From a virus: a stretch of 64,000 nt of DNA. The DNA is taken from the IMG/VR virus record IMGVR_UViG_3300037153_000606; one strand, 5' to 3'. A program made the translations under genes and the position numbers. Below the pieces are notes generated by a model that saw only the letters and a program-made list of their open reading frames with translations, was not told the DNA's origin and did not search any database. Shown here piece after piece: positions 28,590 through 38,828 of this stretch (its first letter is position 1; every line of letters starts with the position of its first letter).

Positions 28590-30365
28590 ATGCCTGTCGC
28601 GCACCTCTACCGGGTGGTGCAGGACGCCGCCGGGAACGCCATCGCCGGGGTGCAGGTCACCCTGTGCGACCCGGGCACCGACAACCCGATCGTCGACGGC
28701 ATCTACGCCGACGTGAACCTGACGTCCCCGATGTCCAACCCGTTCACCTGCATGACCGGGGTCATCGACGTCTACCTCTCCCGGGCCCGCACGGTCCGGG
28801 TGAACGCCAGCTACGGGTCCCAGACCCAGATGGCGGATTACATCGACATCCTGCCCAGCGCCGAGATGATTCTGGCCGCCACCAGCCCGATCGAGGTGGA
28901 CAACGACGCGTTCCCAGGCGCGATCCTGCAGATGATCGACAACGACACTGCCGAGTGGGTCGCCACGCCTGCCGCCGCCGGTGCCGTGGTGGAGATCGTC
29001 CCGGGCAACGACGTCACCGTGGACAACACCGACCCGTCCCGTCCGGTGGTCGGGGTGACCTCCGGCGCGGCCGGTGGCGGCAACGTCACGTTCAAGGGCG
29101 CTTGGCAGTCGATCGCCTATTACCTCAACGATGTGGTCACCTATCTCAACCGGCTCTACATCTGCGTGCTGGACGTCTCGGCCACGTTCATCTCCCCGGA
29201 TTCGGACCAGGCGCACTGGGCCGAGATCGCGGCGATCCACGACGGCAACGGCCGGTTGCAGGCGACCGATCCTGCCGCGACCGGCGATCTGGTCACACTC
29301 AACTACTTCAACACGAACGCGGTCCGTAACCCGCCCCCGTCGGATCTGATCACCGATCTCGGTTCTGGGTCGAACCGGTGGCGGCGCGTCTACACCGGCG
29401 CGGTCGTCACGCCGCCGACCCAGTCCACCCCGAACGGTGCCTCGGTCACCGTCGATGCAACCAAGGGTGATGCGCTGATCCCGCTCGGGTCGACCCCGAT
29501 CACCTTCTCGCAGATCATCAACCCCGCCGTCGGGCAACTACTGCGGATCACCTGGGTACAGGGCAACTCACCGGTCACCTTCGTCTGGCCGTCGAACTGC
29601 CTGTTCGCCGACGGGACCGGCCCGCAGGTGCTGCAACCCAACTACCAGCTCACCGTCGAGTTCCGCTGGAACGGGAGCTTCTGGATCGAGATCTCGCGGT
29701 CCTCGGTGGCGCACGGCATCCCGATCGGCGGAGCTGCGGGTCAGATGCTGGGCAAGGTGTCCGGCACCGACTACGACGCGGCATGGGTGCCGCCGCCGAT
29801 CGCGGTGCCGACCGGTGGAATCGTTCTGTTCGGTGCGGTCAACGCTCCGTCGGGATGGCTGTTGTGCAACGGGCAGGCGGTGTCGCGGACCAGTTATTCC
29901 GCGCTGTTCGCGGTGATCGGCACGACCTACGGCGCGGGAGACGGCTCGACCACGTTCAACGTGCCCAACCTGTCCAGCCGGTTCCCGTACGGCACCACCC
30001 CGGGCTCGACCGGCGGGGCCGCCTCGCACACGCACTCGTTCAGCGACGGCGGGCACACCCACTCGTCCGCCACGCACTACCACGGACTGTCCGGGAACGG
30101 TCAGGCCCGTATCCACTTCGGCACCAGCCATATCTGGATGGACTCGTCCTCGGCGGGCGCGTCATGGACCAGTGACACCAACTCCGGATGGGGTGGCGGC
30201 AACGATCTCCCGAACGTCGGCGGGAACTCGAACGGTGCGGCGCTGGGCGGCACCACGGATAACGCGACACCGGGCGCGACCGGTTCCGGCACCGCAAATG
30301 GAACCACCGGATCGGCGTCGAGCCTGCCGCCCTATCTGGGCGTGCAGTACATCATCAAGATCTGA
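28590..30365 (+). CDS. tail fibre 1 with CBM5/12-like module and tail-collar domain
   Basis: PTGGIVLFG..APSGWLLCNGQAVSRT.YSALFAVIGTTYGAGDGSTTFNVPNL; ends LPPYLGVQYIIKI. Confidence 0.9.
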   Translation: MPVAHLYRVVQDAAGNAIAGVQVTLCDPGTDNPIVDGIYADVNLTSPMSNPFTCMTGVIDVYLSRARTVRVNASYGSQTQMADYIDILPSAEMILAATSPIEVDNDAFPGAILQMIDNDTAEWVATPAAAGAVVEIVPGNDVTVDNTDPSRPVVGVTSGAAGGGNVTFKGAWQSIAYYLNDVVTYLNRLYICVLDVSATFISPDSDQAHWAEIAAIHDGNGRLQATDPAATGDLVTLNYFNTNAVRNPPPSDLITDLGSGSNRWRRVYTGAVVTPPTQSTPNGASVTVDATKGDALIPLGSTPITFSQIINPAVGQLLRITWVQGNSPVTFVWPSNCLFADGTGPQVLQPNYQLTVEFRWNGSFWIEISRSSVAHGIPIGGAAGQMLGKVSGTDYDAAWVPPPIAVPTGGIVLFGAVNAPSGWLLCNGQAVSRTSYSALFAVIGTTYGAGDGSTTFNVPNLSSRFPYGTTPGSTGGAASHTHSFSDGGHTHSSATHYHGLSGNGQARIHFGTSHIWMDSSSAGASWTSDTNSGWGGGNDLPNVGGNSNGAALGGTTDNATPGATGSGTANGTTGSASSLPPYLGVQYIIKI

Positions 30366-30380
30366 CCGGGGATTCGGAAT

Positions 30381-33300
30381 ATGAGCGCGCTTCGCGACAC
30401 CATGCCGTACGACTTCACCAGCGGGCCGTATGACGAGGACACCACCAAGACCTACACATTGCCTTTCGACGTCACCATCGGCGGGATCACCACCGACCAG
30501 GTGACGGCGTGCTGCTGCGGGTGGATCGCGTTTGGCACCTTGAACTGGTCGGAGGACACCGATCAGGGTGGTACGACCGGGCGGTTCCCGACCGGGGATC
30601 CTGCCGCAAGCGGGCTCACTTCCGGTGGGTTGGTCTGTGCTTTCTTCGCACCGATCCCGACCGGCCAGGAAGGATCGCCCGCCTCGGTCAGCACCACCAC
30701 CATCGGCGGGGTACAGGCCTGGACCATTACCTGGCCGTTCCAGTATCTCGGTGGCGACTACATCACCAATGCGTTCCAGGTGGTGGTCTACAACAGCCCC
30801 GGCGGGTACCAGATCGAGATCAACATCGGCTCGATCCTGGTGGATCAGTGGCCGACCGACACCGCACCGGCGGGGATGCCGATGTTCGGTATCTACGTCC
30901 CGACTGCATCGGGTGAGACGACGATCCTGAGTGAGCCGGTGGCCGGTGCGTGGCTGGACTCCGACTCCGTGCACGGCCTGGCGAACAACACGGCCGGTAC
31001 TGACACGACCCCGGGCCGCTACACCTACGTCTCGGCAGCCCCTCCTCCGCCGGTCACCCTGCATGCCGTCGCGCACCTCTACCGGGTGGTGCAGGACGCC
31101 GCCGGAAACATCCTGCCGGGTGCCCAGGTGTCGCTGTGCGATCCGGGTTCGACCAGCATCATCCCGAACAAGCTCTACTCCGACGTCAACCTCACCGTGC
31201 CGATCTCCAACCCGTTCACCGTCCCGAACGGGATCATCGACGTCTACCTGGAACGACCCCGCAGTGTCACCGTGATCACCGTGTACGGCGGCAGCACGAT
31301 CACCGCCGACTACCTGGAGCTGATGCCGCTGGCCGAGAACATCCTCGCGGCCACCGGCCCGGTCGTGATCGACAACGACGCGTTCGCCGGTGGCGTGCTG
31401 CAGATGGTCAACTCGGCGACCGCCGAGTGGGTGGAACCGTCGTTCCTGTCCGGCGGGGTGGCCGAGATCCAGGCCGGTGAGAACGTCACTGTCGATGCGA
31501 CCGATCCCGCCTCGCCGGTGGTCTCGGCCAACCCCGGTGTCACCACGATTCAGCCTGGTACCAACATCACCGTCGATGCCACCGACCCGGCCCAGCCGAT
31601 CGTCGCTGCCGCAGGTGCCGCCGACGGCGATGTGGCGGCGCTGATCGCGAGCCCGACCAGCAACACCCACCAGCAGCTGAACACGCTCTACGGCGGCGCG
31701 CCGTCGAAGTGGTTCGTGCAGAACACCCCGTACGCCACGCACACCGCCGTCCCGACCCCGTACGAGGGGGACGAGTTCCTCTACACCACGACCGGTGCCG
31801 CGCCGCGTGTCGCCGGGGACGTGTGGACATACCACGCGAACGCCTGGGCCAAGACCGGCAACATCCTCGGCCCGCAGGGCCCGACTGGTGCTACCGGTGC
31901 GACTGGTCCGCAGGGGACGACAGGCGCGACAGGCCCACAAGGAACCACCGGTGCAACTGGCCCGCAGGGTTCGAAGGGTGATATCGGGGCGACCGGTGTT
32001 ACCGGTCCGCAAGGACCTGCCGGTCCTACCGGCCCCACCGGTACGACCGGATCACAAGGCCCGAAGGGCGACAAGGGCGATACAGGCGCGACAGGCCCGG
32101 CCGGGCCGACAGGTCCCACCGGGTTGCAGGGGAATGCCGGTCCCATCGGCGCAACAGGCCCGCAGGGCGACACCGGCCCACAGGGACCGATCGGGCCGGA
32201 AGGGCCGGTAGGGCCGCAGGGTGCGGCCGTCTCGGTGAAGGGCACCGTGGCGACCTCGGCCGACCTGCCCGCGACCGGCAACACCGCCGGGGACGGGTTC
32301 GTCGTCGATGACACCGGGCACCTGTGGTCCTGGACGGGTTCGGAATGGGTGGACTGTGGGGCGTTGCAGGGACCGCCCGGTGATCAAGGACCCTCCGGGG
32401 AGGGCGTGCCGACCGGAGGCACCGCCGGTCAGGTACTGTCCAAGATCGACGGGACTGATTTCAACACGCAATGGGTCGACCAGACTGGTTCCACCGAGGT
32501 CATCGACACCCGTGCCGCCGGAACCTCAGCCGATGATCTGACCACTCCCGGCCTCTACCTCATCACCGCGAGCCATCTGGGCATCGTCAACGCCCCAGTG
32601 GTGGACTCCGACTGCGTTGGCATCCTGACCGTCGACAGGTTCGATGATGCGTCGGAAGGCACTAACTACATCACCCAGGTTTGGCGAGCCACTGATGTCG
32701 ACAGGGGAGGTGATTACTGGTTCCGGTCCACCAATTACCTACCTGACTGGTTTGACTGGACACCCATCAAGATGGCGCTGTACCAGACCGTCAACGACTT
32801 CAACCTAGTGATGTTACCTGGTGTGTACCAGACATTTGGCAACTACCCAAACGGTCCTGGTTACGGCAGTAACGGGTTGCTTGTGGTGCAAACTCTTGGC
32901 AATGGAGCGGTCAACCCGGATGCGATGACCCCACCGACGCAAGTCCAGTATTGGACCGCTACTCTCAGTAATTATTCCTATCGACGCATCTACACCAACC
33001 TGGATGGTTGGAGCGCATGGAGTTTCGTCGGTTCTCTCCCGGCAGGCGGGAGTACCGGGCAGGTTCTCGCCAAGATCGACAACAATGATTACCGCGTCCA
33101 GTGGGTTGACCAGGCGGCAGGCGGTGGCGGTACCCCGTCGAGCACCGTCACCACCCAGGCAATCGGAGACACCGGGATAGTCGGCACCAGTACCAACTTC
33201 GCCCGCGAGGACCACGAGCACGGGATGCCCAACTTCGGCGGCGTCACGGCGCAGACCACTCCCGGAGCAGCATCATCGAACGGGTCGGCAACGTCGGTTT

Positions 33301-35165
33301 CCCGCAGCGATCACACGCACGGCACGCCGCTCAATTCGTTACCGACCGGAGGATCCGCAGGACAGGTTCTTTCCAAGATCGATTCAGCTAGTTACAACGT
33401 GCAGTGGGTGACAGTCGGCGTCTGGCGCGGTGAATGGGTGAGTGGCACAAGCTATGCCGCCAATGATGTCGTTACGAGTACCAGCATCTCCGGGGCCAAT
33501 ATCACGGCGACCTACGTGTGCACATCAGCGAACACCGGCACATCCGCACCGTCGCTGGACACCGCACACTGGGCCGAACTGGGTGCTCGGCACAACATCA
33601 ACGGCAACCTCACCCAGACGGAATCGGGAAACCCGCCGACCAACGCAAGGGAGTTGACACCGAAAAGCTACGTCGATTCACACGACATGCAGGCTGGCGG
33701 TACCGCTGGACAAGTGCTGACCAAACAGTCCGGCACCGACTACGACACTGCGTGGGCAGCACCTGCCGGTGTCATCACACCGGTGCAAACCATCAATCCA
33801 GCCAATGGCGCGATCACCATCGATGTCAGCAAGGGTGATGCCTATCTGCAGGTTTCTTCGCCGGGGATCACGAGCATTGCGCTCACGAATCCGGTCGACA
33901 ATCAGATCTTCAGGTTGACGATCAACCAAGGCATTTCAGGCAGTTTCCCGTACGACGTGATATGGCCGACGAACATTCAATGGGCCGGTCAGCCAGGAAC
34001 AACTGGGCCCAACCCGAATATGGCGGCCAATATGACGATCACCCTTCGGTACCGGGCATCGGGTTCGGCGTGGATCGAACTTGAGCGCAGCCAGATGCCC
34101 ATGGTCTACAAGGGTTCCTGGTCTGCGGCCAGCAACGCTCGTTTTCGGCGCGGTGACGTCGTGCTCTACAACGGCATGCCCTACGTCGCCACAGCGGACA
34201 AGGCGACGGCCGGGACCTGGGTGCCCGCCGAATGGCAAGCGCTCAGTGACCTGCCTACCGGCGGCACGGCTAATCAGGTGCTCACCAAGGTCGACGCAAC
34301 GAACTACAACACCGCTTGGCAGTCAGCAGCCCGGTGCAAGGTCGACACCTATGCGATAGCCGGTAGCTACACCTGGAACAAGCCCGCCGGGGCGATCATG
34401 GTCCAGGTCATAGGTATCGGCGGTGGTGCAGGTGGCGGATCTGGCAATACCACCGCATCGGCCGTTCTCGGCGTCGGAGGAGCGGGCGGTGCAGGCGGCG
34501 GATTGTTCAACCGCACCATCAACGCTGTGGACATTCCGGCGACTGTCTCGGTCATAGTCGGCGCAGGTGGGGCGGGGGGTGCCAGTGTCTCGGCCAACTC
34601 CACTGCAGGGAGCAACGGTGGCGGCGGGACGGGCTCGTCTTTCGGAGGTGCGACCTTCTATTGCAGCACCGCTACATCGGTTGCTGGATCCGGATCATCT
34701 ACCTCGATTCCCTCAGGTATCTACGGCGGGGGTAACGGTGCCGGGGGCGGGAGTGGTGTGGCGGGAGGAAGCGCTATCCCCGCTGTCTCTACAGTCGCTC
34801 CTCTGGGGCTGTTTGCCGGTGCGGGCGGTGGCGGTGGAGGTGGAGGGATTTCCGCTGCCAATGCCGCCGCCGCCGGTGGTTCCGGTGGGGCGACTTCGGC
34901 CGGTTCGGGGACTTTTTCGTCCGGTGGTGCCATCGCGACCAACGGCAGTGCAGGCAACCTCAATGCGTCGACCCCCAACTCGGTGTATGCCGGAAGTGGC
35001 GGCGGTGGTGGAGGTTCGGGGTTGACCGCAGCTGGTGGGTCTGGCGGTGCTGGGGGTTGGCCAGGGGGAGGCGGTGGCGGCGGAGGTGCCGCCCGCAACG
35101 GGTACACCTCGGGGGCCGGAGGCAATGGTGCGGACGGCTTCGTGCAGGTCATCACCTGGTTCTAG
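30381..35165 (+). CDS. tail fibre 2: mosaic of collagen-like repeat, knob-like domains, CBM-like modules and Gly-rich C-terminus
   Basis: (Gly-X-Y)n; [15 protein letters not shown] knob-like units; [21 protein letters not shown] end. Confidence 0.88.
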   Translation: MSALRDTMPYDFTSGPYDEDTTKTYTLPFDVTIGGITTDQVTACCCGWIAFGTLNWSEDTDQGGTTGRFPTGDPAASGLTSGGLVCAFFAPIPTGQEGSPASVSTTTIGGVQAWTITWPFQYLGGDYITNAFQVVVYNSPGGYQIEINIGSILVDQWPTDTAPAGMPMFGIYVPTASGETTILSEPVAGAWLDSDSVHGLANNTAGTDTTPGRYTYVSAAPPPPVTLHAVAHLYRVVQDAAGNILPGAQVSLCDPGSTSIIPNKLYSDVNLTVPISNPFTVPNGIIDVYLERPRSVTVITVYGGSTITADYLELMPLAENILAATGPVVIDNDAFAGGVLQMVNSATAEWVEPSFLSGGVAEIQAGENVTVDATDPASPVVSANPGVTTIQPGTNITVDATDPAQPIVAAAGAADGDVAALIASPTSNTHQQLNTLYGGAPSKWFVQNTPYATHTAVPTPYEGDEFLYTTTGAAPRVAGDVWTYHANAWAKTGNILGPQGPTGATGATGPQGTTGATGPQGTTGATGPQGSKGDIGATGVTGPQGPAGPTGPTGTTGSQGPKGDKGDTGATGPAGPTGPTGLQGNAGPIGATGPQGDTGPQGPIGPEGPVGPQGAAVSVKGTVATSADLPATGNTAGDGFVVDDTGHLWSWTGSEWVDCGALQGPPGDQGPSGEGVPTGGTAGQVLSKIDGTDFNTQWVDQTGSTEVIDTRAAGTSADDLTTPGLYLITASHLGIVNAPVVDSDCVGILTVDRFDDASEGTNYITQVWRATDVDRGGDYWFRSTNYLPDWFDWTPIKMALYQTVNDFNLVMLPGVYQTFGNYPNGPGYGSNGLLVVQTLGNGAVNPDAMTPPTQVQYWTATLSNYSYRRIYTNLDGWSAWSFVGSLPAGGSTGQVLAKIDNNDYRVQWVDQAAGGGGTPSSTVTTQAIGDTGIVGTSTNFAREDHEHGMPNFGGVTAQTTPGAASSNGSATSVSRSDHTHGTPLNSLPTGGSAGQVLSKIDSASYNVQWVTVGVWRGEWVSGTSYAANDVVTSTSISGANITATYVCTSANTGTSAPSLDTAHWAELGARHNINGNLTQTESGNPPTNARELTPKSYVDSHDMQAGGTAGQVLTKQSGTDYDTAWAAPAGVITPVQTINPANGAITIDVSKGDAYLQVSSPGITSIALTNPVDNQIFRLTINQGISGSFPYDVIWPTNIQWAGQPGTTGPNPNMAANMTITLRYRASGSAWIELERSQMPMVYKGSWSAASNARFRRGDVVLYNGMPYVATADKATAGTWVPAEWQALSDLPTGGTANQVLTKVDATNYNTAWQSAARCKVDTYAIAGSYTWNKPAGAIMVQVIGIGGGAGGGSGNTTASAVLGVGGAGGAGGGLFNRTINAVDIPATVSVIVGAGGAGGASVSANSTAGSNGGGGTGSSFGGATFYCSTATSVAGSGSSTSIPSGIYGGGNGAGGGSGVAGGSAIPAVSTVAPLGLFAGAGGGGGGGGISAANAAAAGGSGGATSAGSGTFSSGGAIATNGSAGNLNASTPNSVYAGSGGGGGGSGLTAAGGSGGAGGWPGGGGGGGGAARNGYTSGAGGNGADGFVQVITWF
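31869..32222 (+). repeat. collagen-like Gly-X-Y coding repeat
   Basis: [19 protein letters not shown]... about 39 triplets. Confidence 0.9.
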
Positions 35166-35299
35166 AAGGTCTGCTGAGGATGGATTTCGGTTATGTGGGT
35201 TACGAAAGACATCATCTAAGAGATACTGGGGGTTGACAAAGCCCGGTATTTGTTGCCTAACCCAGGACTCCCCGGCACACTCTTGCACATAGAGGAGGA

Positions 35300-35626
35300 G
35301 TGATGTCGACGCTTGACTATGCCGCCGCGCGTGCCGTGGCGCGGGCGCGACTCCTCGAACGCGCGGTGCACGACTCGGGCCCCTGGCAGATCGAGATCGC
35401 CGGGATCCGCGAGGACGCGGTCAAGGTCCGTACCCCGCACCGGGTGCTGTTCCTGGCCAATTTCTACTCCGTTCCCGACCCGGACGCCACGGTGGCGTGG
35501 CTGCTCTGCGATGGGCAGTTCCTGTCCTCCAAGGACATCCGGCTCGGCGACTCCGGGCCGTTCTCCATCGAGTGGTCCATCATCGGCCCGGATTCGCTGG
35601 AGCCCTCGTCACCGGCAGTCGCATGA
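35300..35626 (+). CDS. hypothetical protein
   Basis: [12 protein letters not shown]; ATGA overlap with the helicase; TTGACA at 35233 in the AT-rich upstream gap. Confidence 0.75.
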   Translation: MMSTLDYAAARAVARARLLERAVHDSGPWQIEIAGIREDAVKVRTPHRVLFLANFYSVPDPDATVAWLLCDGQFLSSKDIRLGDSGPFSIEWSIIGPDSLEPSSPAVA

Positions 35627-37197
35627 CCGCATCACCGGCCGCCGCCGCCCGGCCGGTGATGGACAACGGGCGGCTCTTCCACTCCCCACTCGGCCTATTC
35701 GGCTTCCAGGCCGAGTGCGTGGCACGCGCCTACTACCAGGACGGGCTGCTCGCGGTCTGCGATACCGGGCTCGGCAAGACGATCATCTCGATGGCGCTGG
35801 CCGCGCAGCTGTTCCAGGACGACCAGGTCGACCTCGTCATCCACGTGGCGCAGAAGAACAAGATCGACAAGAGCGAGTTCCCGGCCGACTGGGCCCGGTT
35901 CAGCTCGCTGCGCACGCACGTCTACCACGGCACCAACCGGGGCAGGCGACTGGCCAAGGCGGGCACCCCGGACGTGCTGATCAGCACCTACGAGACGCTG
36001 CGCGAGGACCTGGTCATCTTCTCCGGCCGGTCCGGGCGGGCCCGCACCGACGGCATGCTGGTCGAGGTGCTCAAGCTGCGCACCGCACGGGTGCTGTGGA
36101 TCTTCGACGAGATCAGCAAGCTGGGCAACCGGTCCTCCAAGCTGTACCGCGCCTTCGAGTACGTGCTCACCCAGCAGCGCAACCACGGCCTGCCGCCCCG
36201 GGTGCTGGGTCTCTCGGCTACCCCGATGTCCACCGACTACGAGCAGCCGTTCAACATCGGCCGGATCGTCTGGCCCGCCCGGATGCCGAGCGTCACCTAC
36301 TTCGAGGACACCTACACCTACGGCCGCGACGACCACGGGCGGCTGCTGTACAAGCGCGGTGCCCGGGAGTGGTTCGCCGCCCAGTTCGAGCCGCTGATCT
36401 ACCGCAAGCGGCGCACCGACCCGGACGTGGTCGACCAGATGCCCCGGCTGATGGAGAAGGTGCTCCCGGTCGACCTGCACCCGGAGCACCGTGCGCTCTA
36501 CGAGGCCGTGGGACGCCTGTACGGCCCCGATCCCACCCCGAGGCAGCAGGACCTGCTGCTGATGGCCCAGCGGCTCACTGCGGGCCATCCCCGGGCACTG
36601 CTGCGCAGCGGCTCGGAACTGGCCAAGGCGGTGGTGGAGACGCTCGGCGCAGACCGGCTGCGAGCCGTCCCGTCGGCCAAGACGCTACGGCTGATCGAGC
36701 TGCTGTCCACACTGAAGGCGCAGGGCGACCCGGCGTTGGTGTTCTGCGCCTTCGCCGAGACCGTGCTGCCCGAGGTGGCCGCCGATCTGGTGTCCGCCGA
36801 CCTGCGGGTGGGTATCTACACCGGAGGGCAGTCGTCCAGCTCGAACGAGGCCGCCAAGGCCGCGTTCAAGGCCGGAGAGCTGGACGTACTGCTGTCCTCG
36901 GACGCTGCGGCTACTGGGCTGAACTTGCCTCAGGCGGCCTACGTGATCGAATACGATGCCGCGTCCACGTTCGCCCTGCGAACACAGCGGTTCGGACGCG
37001 GGTTGCGTATCGACTCGGCCAAGTCCCATGTCTATGGCTTGACTATTGTGGCCCGCCGGACCGTCGAGGTCGGCCTGCTGCAGAGCATGCTCAAACGCAA
37101 CGACCTACAAGACGAGTTGCACGGCGATCGTGGTGCAGAAGGACATCTCGACGCCAAAGTGCGCCGAGATGTCTCCTTCGAGGCGTTGCGGAATTAG
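35623..37197 (+). CDS. SNF2-like superfamily 2 helicase
   Basis: DTGLGKT, ISTYETLR, IFDEIS, LSATP, TGLNLPQA..VI.YD, QR.GR..RI. Confidence 0.9.
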   Translation: MTASPAAAARPVMDNGRLFHSPLGLFGFQAECVARAYYQDGLLAVCDTGLGKTIISMALAAQLFQDDQVDLVIHVAQKNKIDKSEFPADWARFSSLRTHVYHGTNRGRRLAKAGTPDVLISTYETLREDLVIFSGRSGRARTDGMLVEVLKLRTARVLWIFDEISKLGNRSSKLYRAFEYVLTQQRNHGLPPRVLGLSATPMSTDYEQPFNIGRIVWPARMPSVTYFEDTYTYGRDDHGRLLYKRGAREWFAAQFEPLIYRKRRTDPDVVDQMPRLMEKVLPVDLHPEHRALYEAVGRLYGPDPTPRQQDLLLMAQRLTAGHPRALLRSGSELAKAVVETLGADRLRAVPSAKTLRLIELLSTLKAQGDPALVFCAFAETVLPEVAADLVSADLRVGIYTGGQSSSSNEAAKAAFKAGELDVLLSSDAAATGLNLPQAAYVIEYDAASTFALRTQRFGRGLRIDSAKSHVYGLTIVARRTVEVGLLQSMLKRNDLQDELHGDRGAEGHLDAKVRRDVSFEALRN

Positions 37198-37256
37198 CCT
37201 CGCCCTGCCAAGCCATGCCCCGCTGAGCCGCGCCGGGCCTAGCCATGCCGTGCAGG
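37197..37256. repeat. pentamer-periodic tract (GCCNN)x12
   Basis: gcctc gccct gccaa gccat gcccc gctga gccgc gccgg gccta gccat gccgt gcagg. Confidence 0.85.
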
Positions 37257-37278
37257 AGCGAGTCTAGGCTCCGGACCC

Positions 37279-37602
37279 ATGGCGCACACCCACCTGCTGA
37301 CGCAGGTCGAGTTCTGGATCCCGCCGTTGCTGGAGGAGCTGGCACCGGGTGAGAAGGTGACCTGGCAGGCGAGCTTCCTGACGCTGCCCGACCCGTCCGT
37401 GGAGGGCGGCGGCTGGGTGCCGGTGGTCTGCCTGTACCTGGAGGTGCCGGTGACGGCGGAGAACTCGTTCTACGGCACCACCATGCTGCCGCCGTTCGCG
37501 CTCACCCTGCCGCAGGTGCGCCAGGCGGTGGTGGAGACGCTGGAGCAGCTGGTCAAGCGCCGGGACGAATACCACGCCGCTAGCGGGGCCGACAAGACCT
37601 AG
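37279..37602 (+). CDS. hypothetical protein (107 aa)
   Basis: Strong third-position GC bias. Confidence 0.75.
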   Translation: MAHTHLLTQVEFWIPPLLEELAPGEKVTWQASFLTLPDPSVEGGGWVPVVCLYLEVPVTAENSFYGTTMLPPFALTLPQVRQAVVETLEQLVKRRDEYHAASGADKT

Positions 37603-37603
37603 A

Positions 37604-38323
37604 TTCCGGGGCCGCGAGGGGGTTAGGTTCCCGGAACAGACAGAAGCCCCGAGTCGTAGCCTCGAAGCTGCGTGCCGTCGTCGCTACGGGCCCAGGGCCT
37701 CTATCTGCCTTTACCAGCGATGGGAGCGTAGCTGATGTTGTGCACAGCGCACCAGTGATCGCCGAATAACGGCATTACGTCGTTATTGGCGAGCCCGACG
37801 CTAACCAGCCGCCCGCATGGTCCGGGCTGGCATGACCGAAAACTGTCGGGGCCGGGATGAACTCCGGTTCGAACCCAGGTCGCACTGGACGGTTGCGTGC
37901 GCCCGGAAATGGGTGTCCGGGAGTTCTTGCACACCGAAGACCGACGATCCGACCCGGGCAAGCGTGCCGTCCGGGGCGAGTCGGGGTGAGACCCGGAGCG
38001 TGGCGGGACAGGGGAAGCCCGAACCCGGCCCGAGACGTCGGATGTGCAGGGACACCGCGACCAGGTAGCCGTGACGGCTGGAACACCCGGAGTCCGGTGC
38101 TGCCGAGACCGCACGGCCCCAGTTAGCGGCTGGGGCTGCCTGAACAAGGCCGAAGGCATCTGTCGTTAGCTGCCGCCGTAACCCCCTGCTGGAGGGGGTG
38201 GTGGTGTCTCGGCATCCTGATGCCACCGGTACGGGGTGTGGGATGCGTCGACAGCCTGATCCTGGGTGCGGGAGCAGGCAGCGGATGCCCTAGGGTCGGG
38301 AGGCAACGGTTGGACATCCAGCC
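37604..38323 (+). ncRNA. candidate large structured non-coding RNA (class unknown; strand inferred from G-U wobble pattern)
   Basis: ~720 nt with no credible CDS; more than 15 nested helices, long-range pairings and T-loop-like loops found by eye. Confidence 0.7.
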
Positions 38324-38360
38324 ACATGTCACCACCTACCGGGACGGGAACGGACCTTAC

Positions 38361-38618
38361 GTGCCACTTGCCACCAACTTCCCGCGCCGCCAGGCACCCA
38401 CCGGATCCTTGCGTTGCCTGGCCTGCCTGTCCCGGCACCGGCTCACCCGGATCTGTCTCGGGCAGGGTGTCACCTGGATGTGTCCGACCTGCCTGCGGCT
38501 GGTGGACCACCTGGCCAGTGTCGAGGGGGTGGACCGGGACCGCGCGGTACGCCGCACGGTGCGGACCATGCGGGCGGCCTCGGCAGCGGAGACGATGCAC
38601 CGCGCGGGCCGCCGTTGA
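38361..38618 (+). CDS. small zinc-ribbon protein (start uncertain)
   Basis: CLAC...CPTC followed by a basic helix. Confidence 0.6.
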   Translation: MPLATNFPRRQAPTGSLRCLACLSRHRLTRICLGQGVTWMCPTCLRLVDHLASVEGVDRDRAVRRTVRTMRAASAAETMHRAGRR

Positions 38619-38657
38619 TAGGTGCGGCACCGGGGAGGGTAGGCCGTGCCGGTAGTG

Positions 38658-38716
38658 GAAAGCCGCCGGTCCAGACGACTCAGGGGAGGGTCGTTGGGGG
38701 TGGACCGGCGGCTTTC
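38658..38716. terminator. 16-bp perfect inverted repeat with an internal hairpin
   Basis: GAAAGCCGCCGGTCCA / TGGACCGGCGGCTTTC. Confidence 0.6.
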
Positions 38717-38775
38717 TGCCTGCCCATCATGACGGACCGCCCGTAAGACGGGGGTAGTGCGTCATCTAGATGACA

Positions 38776-38811
38776 ACGAAGGCCCCGCCGGAAAAGTGAC
38801 GGGGCCTTCGT
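38776..38811. terminator. probable bidirectional terminator between convergent genes
   Basis: ACGAAGGCCCCG / CGGGGCCTTCGT 12-bp stem. Confidence 0.7.
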
Positions 38812-38828
38812 CGATCAGGTGGTGAATG

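Noticed and set aside
28590-35165. Diversity-generating retroelement or invertible fibre switch
   Set aside because: No reverse transcriptase, adenine-specific repeat pair, invertase or inverted cassettes in the window
37722-37886. Possible tRNA (GGGAGCG-TA-GCTG..CAGC and GGTTCGAACCC)
   Set aside because: No consistent acceptor or anticodon stems, wrong spacing and no CCA end; treated as parts of the larger candidate RNA
37604-38323. tmRNA, RNase P or group I/II intron assignment
   Set aside because: No tmRNA termini, no GAGGAAAGTCC P4 element, no P7 or domain V consensus, and no interrupted host gene found by eye
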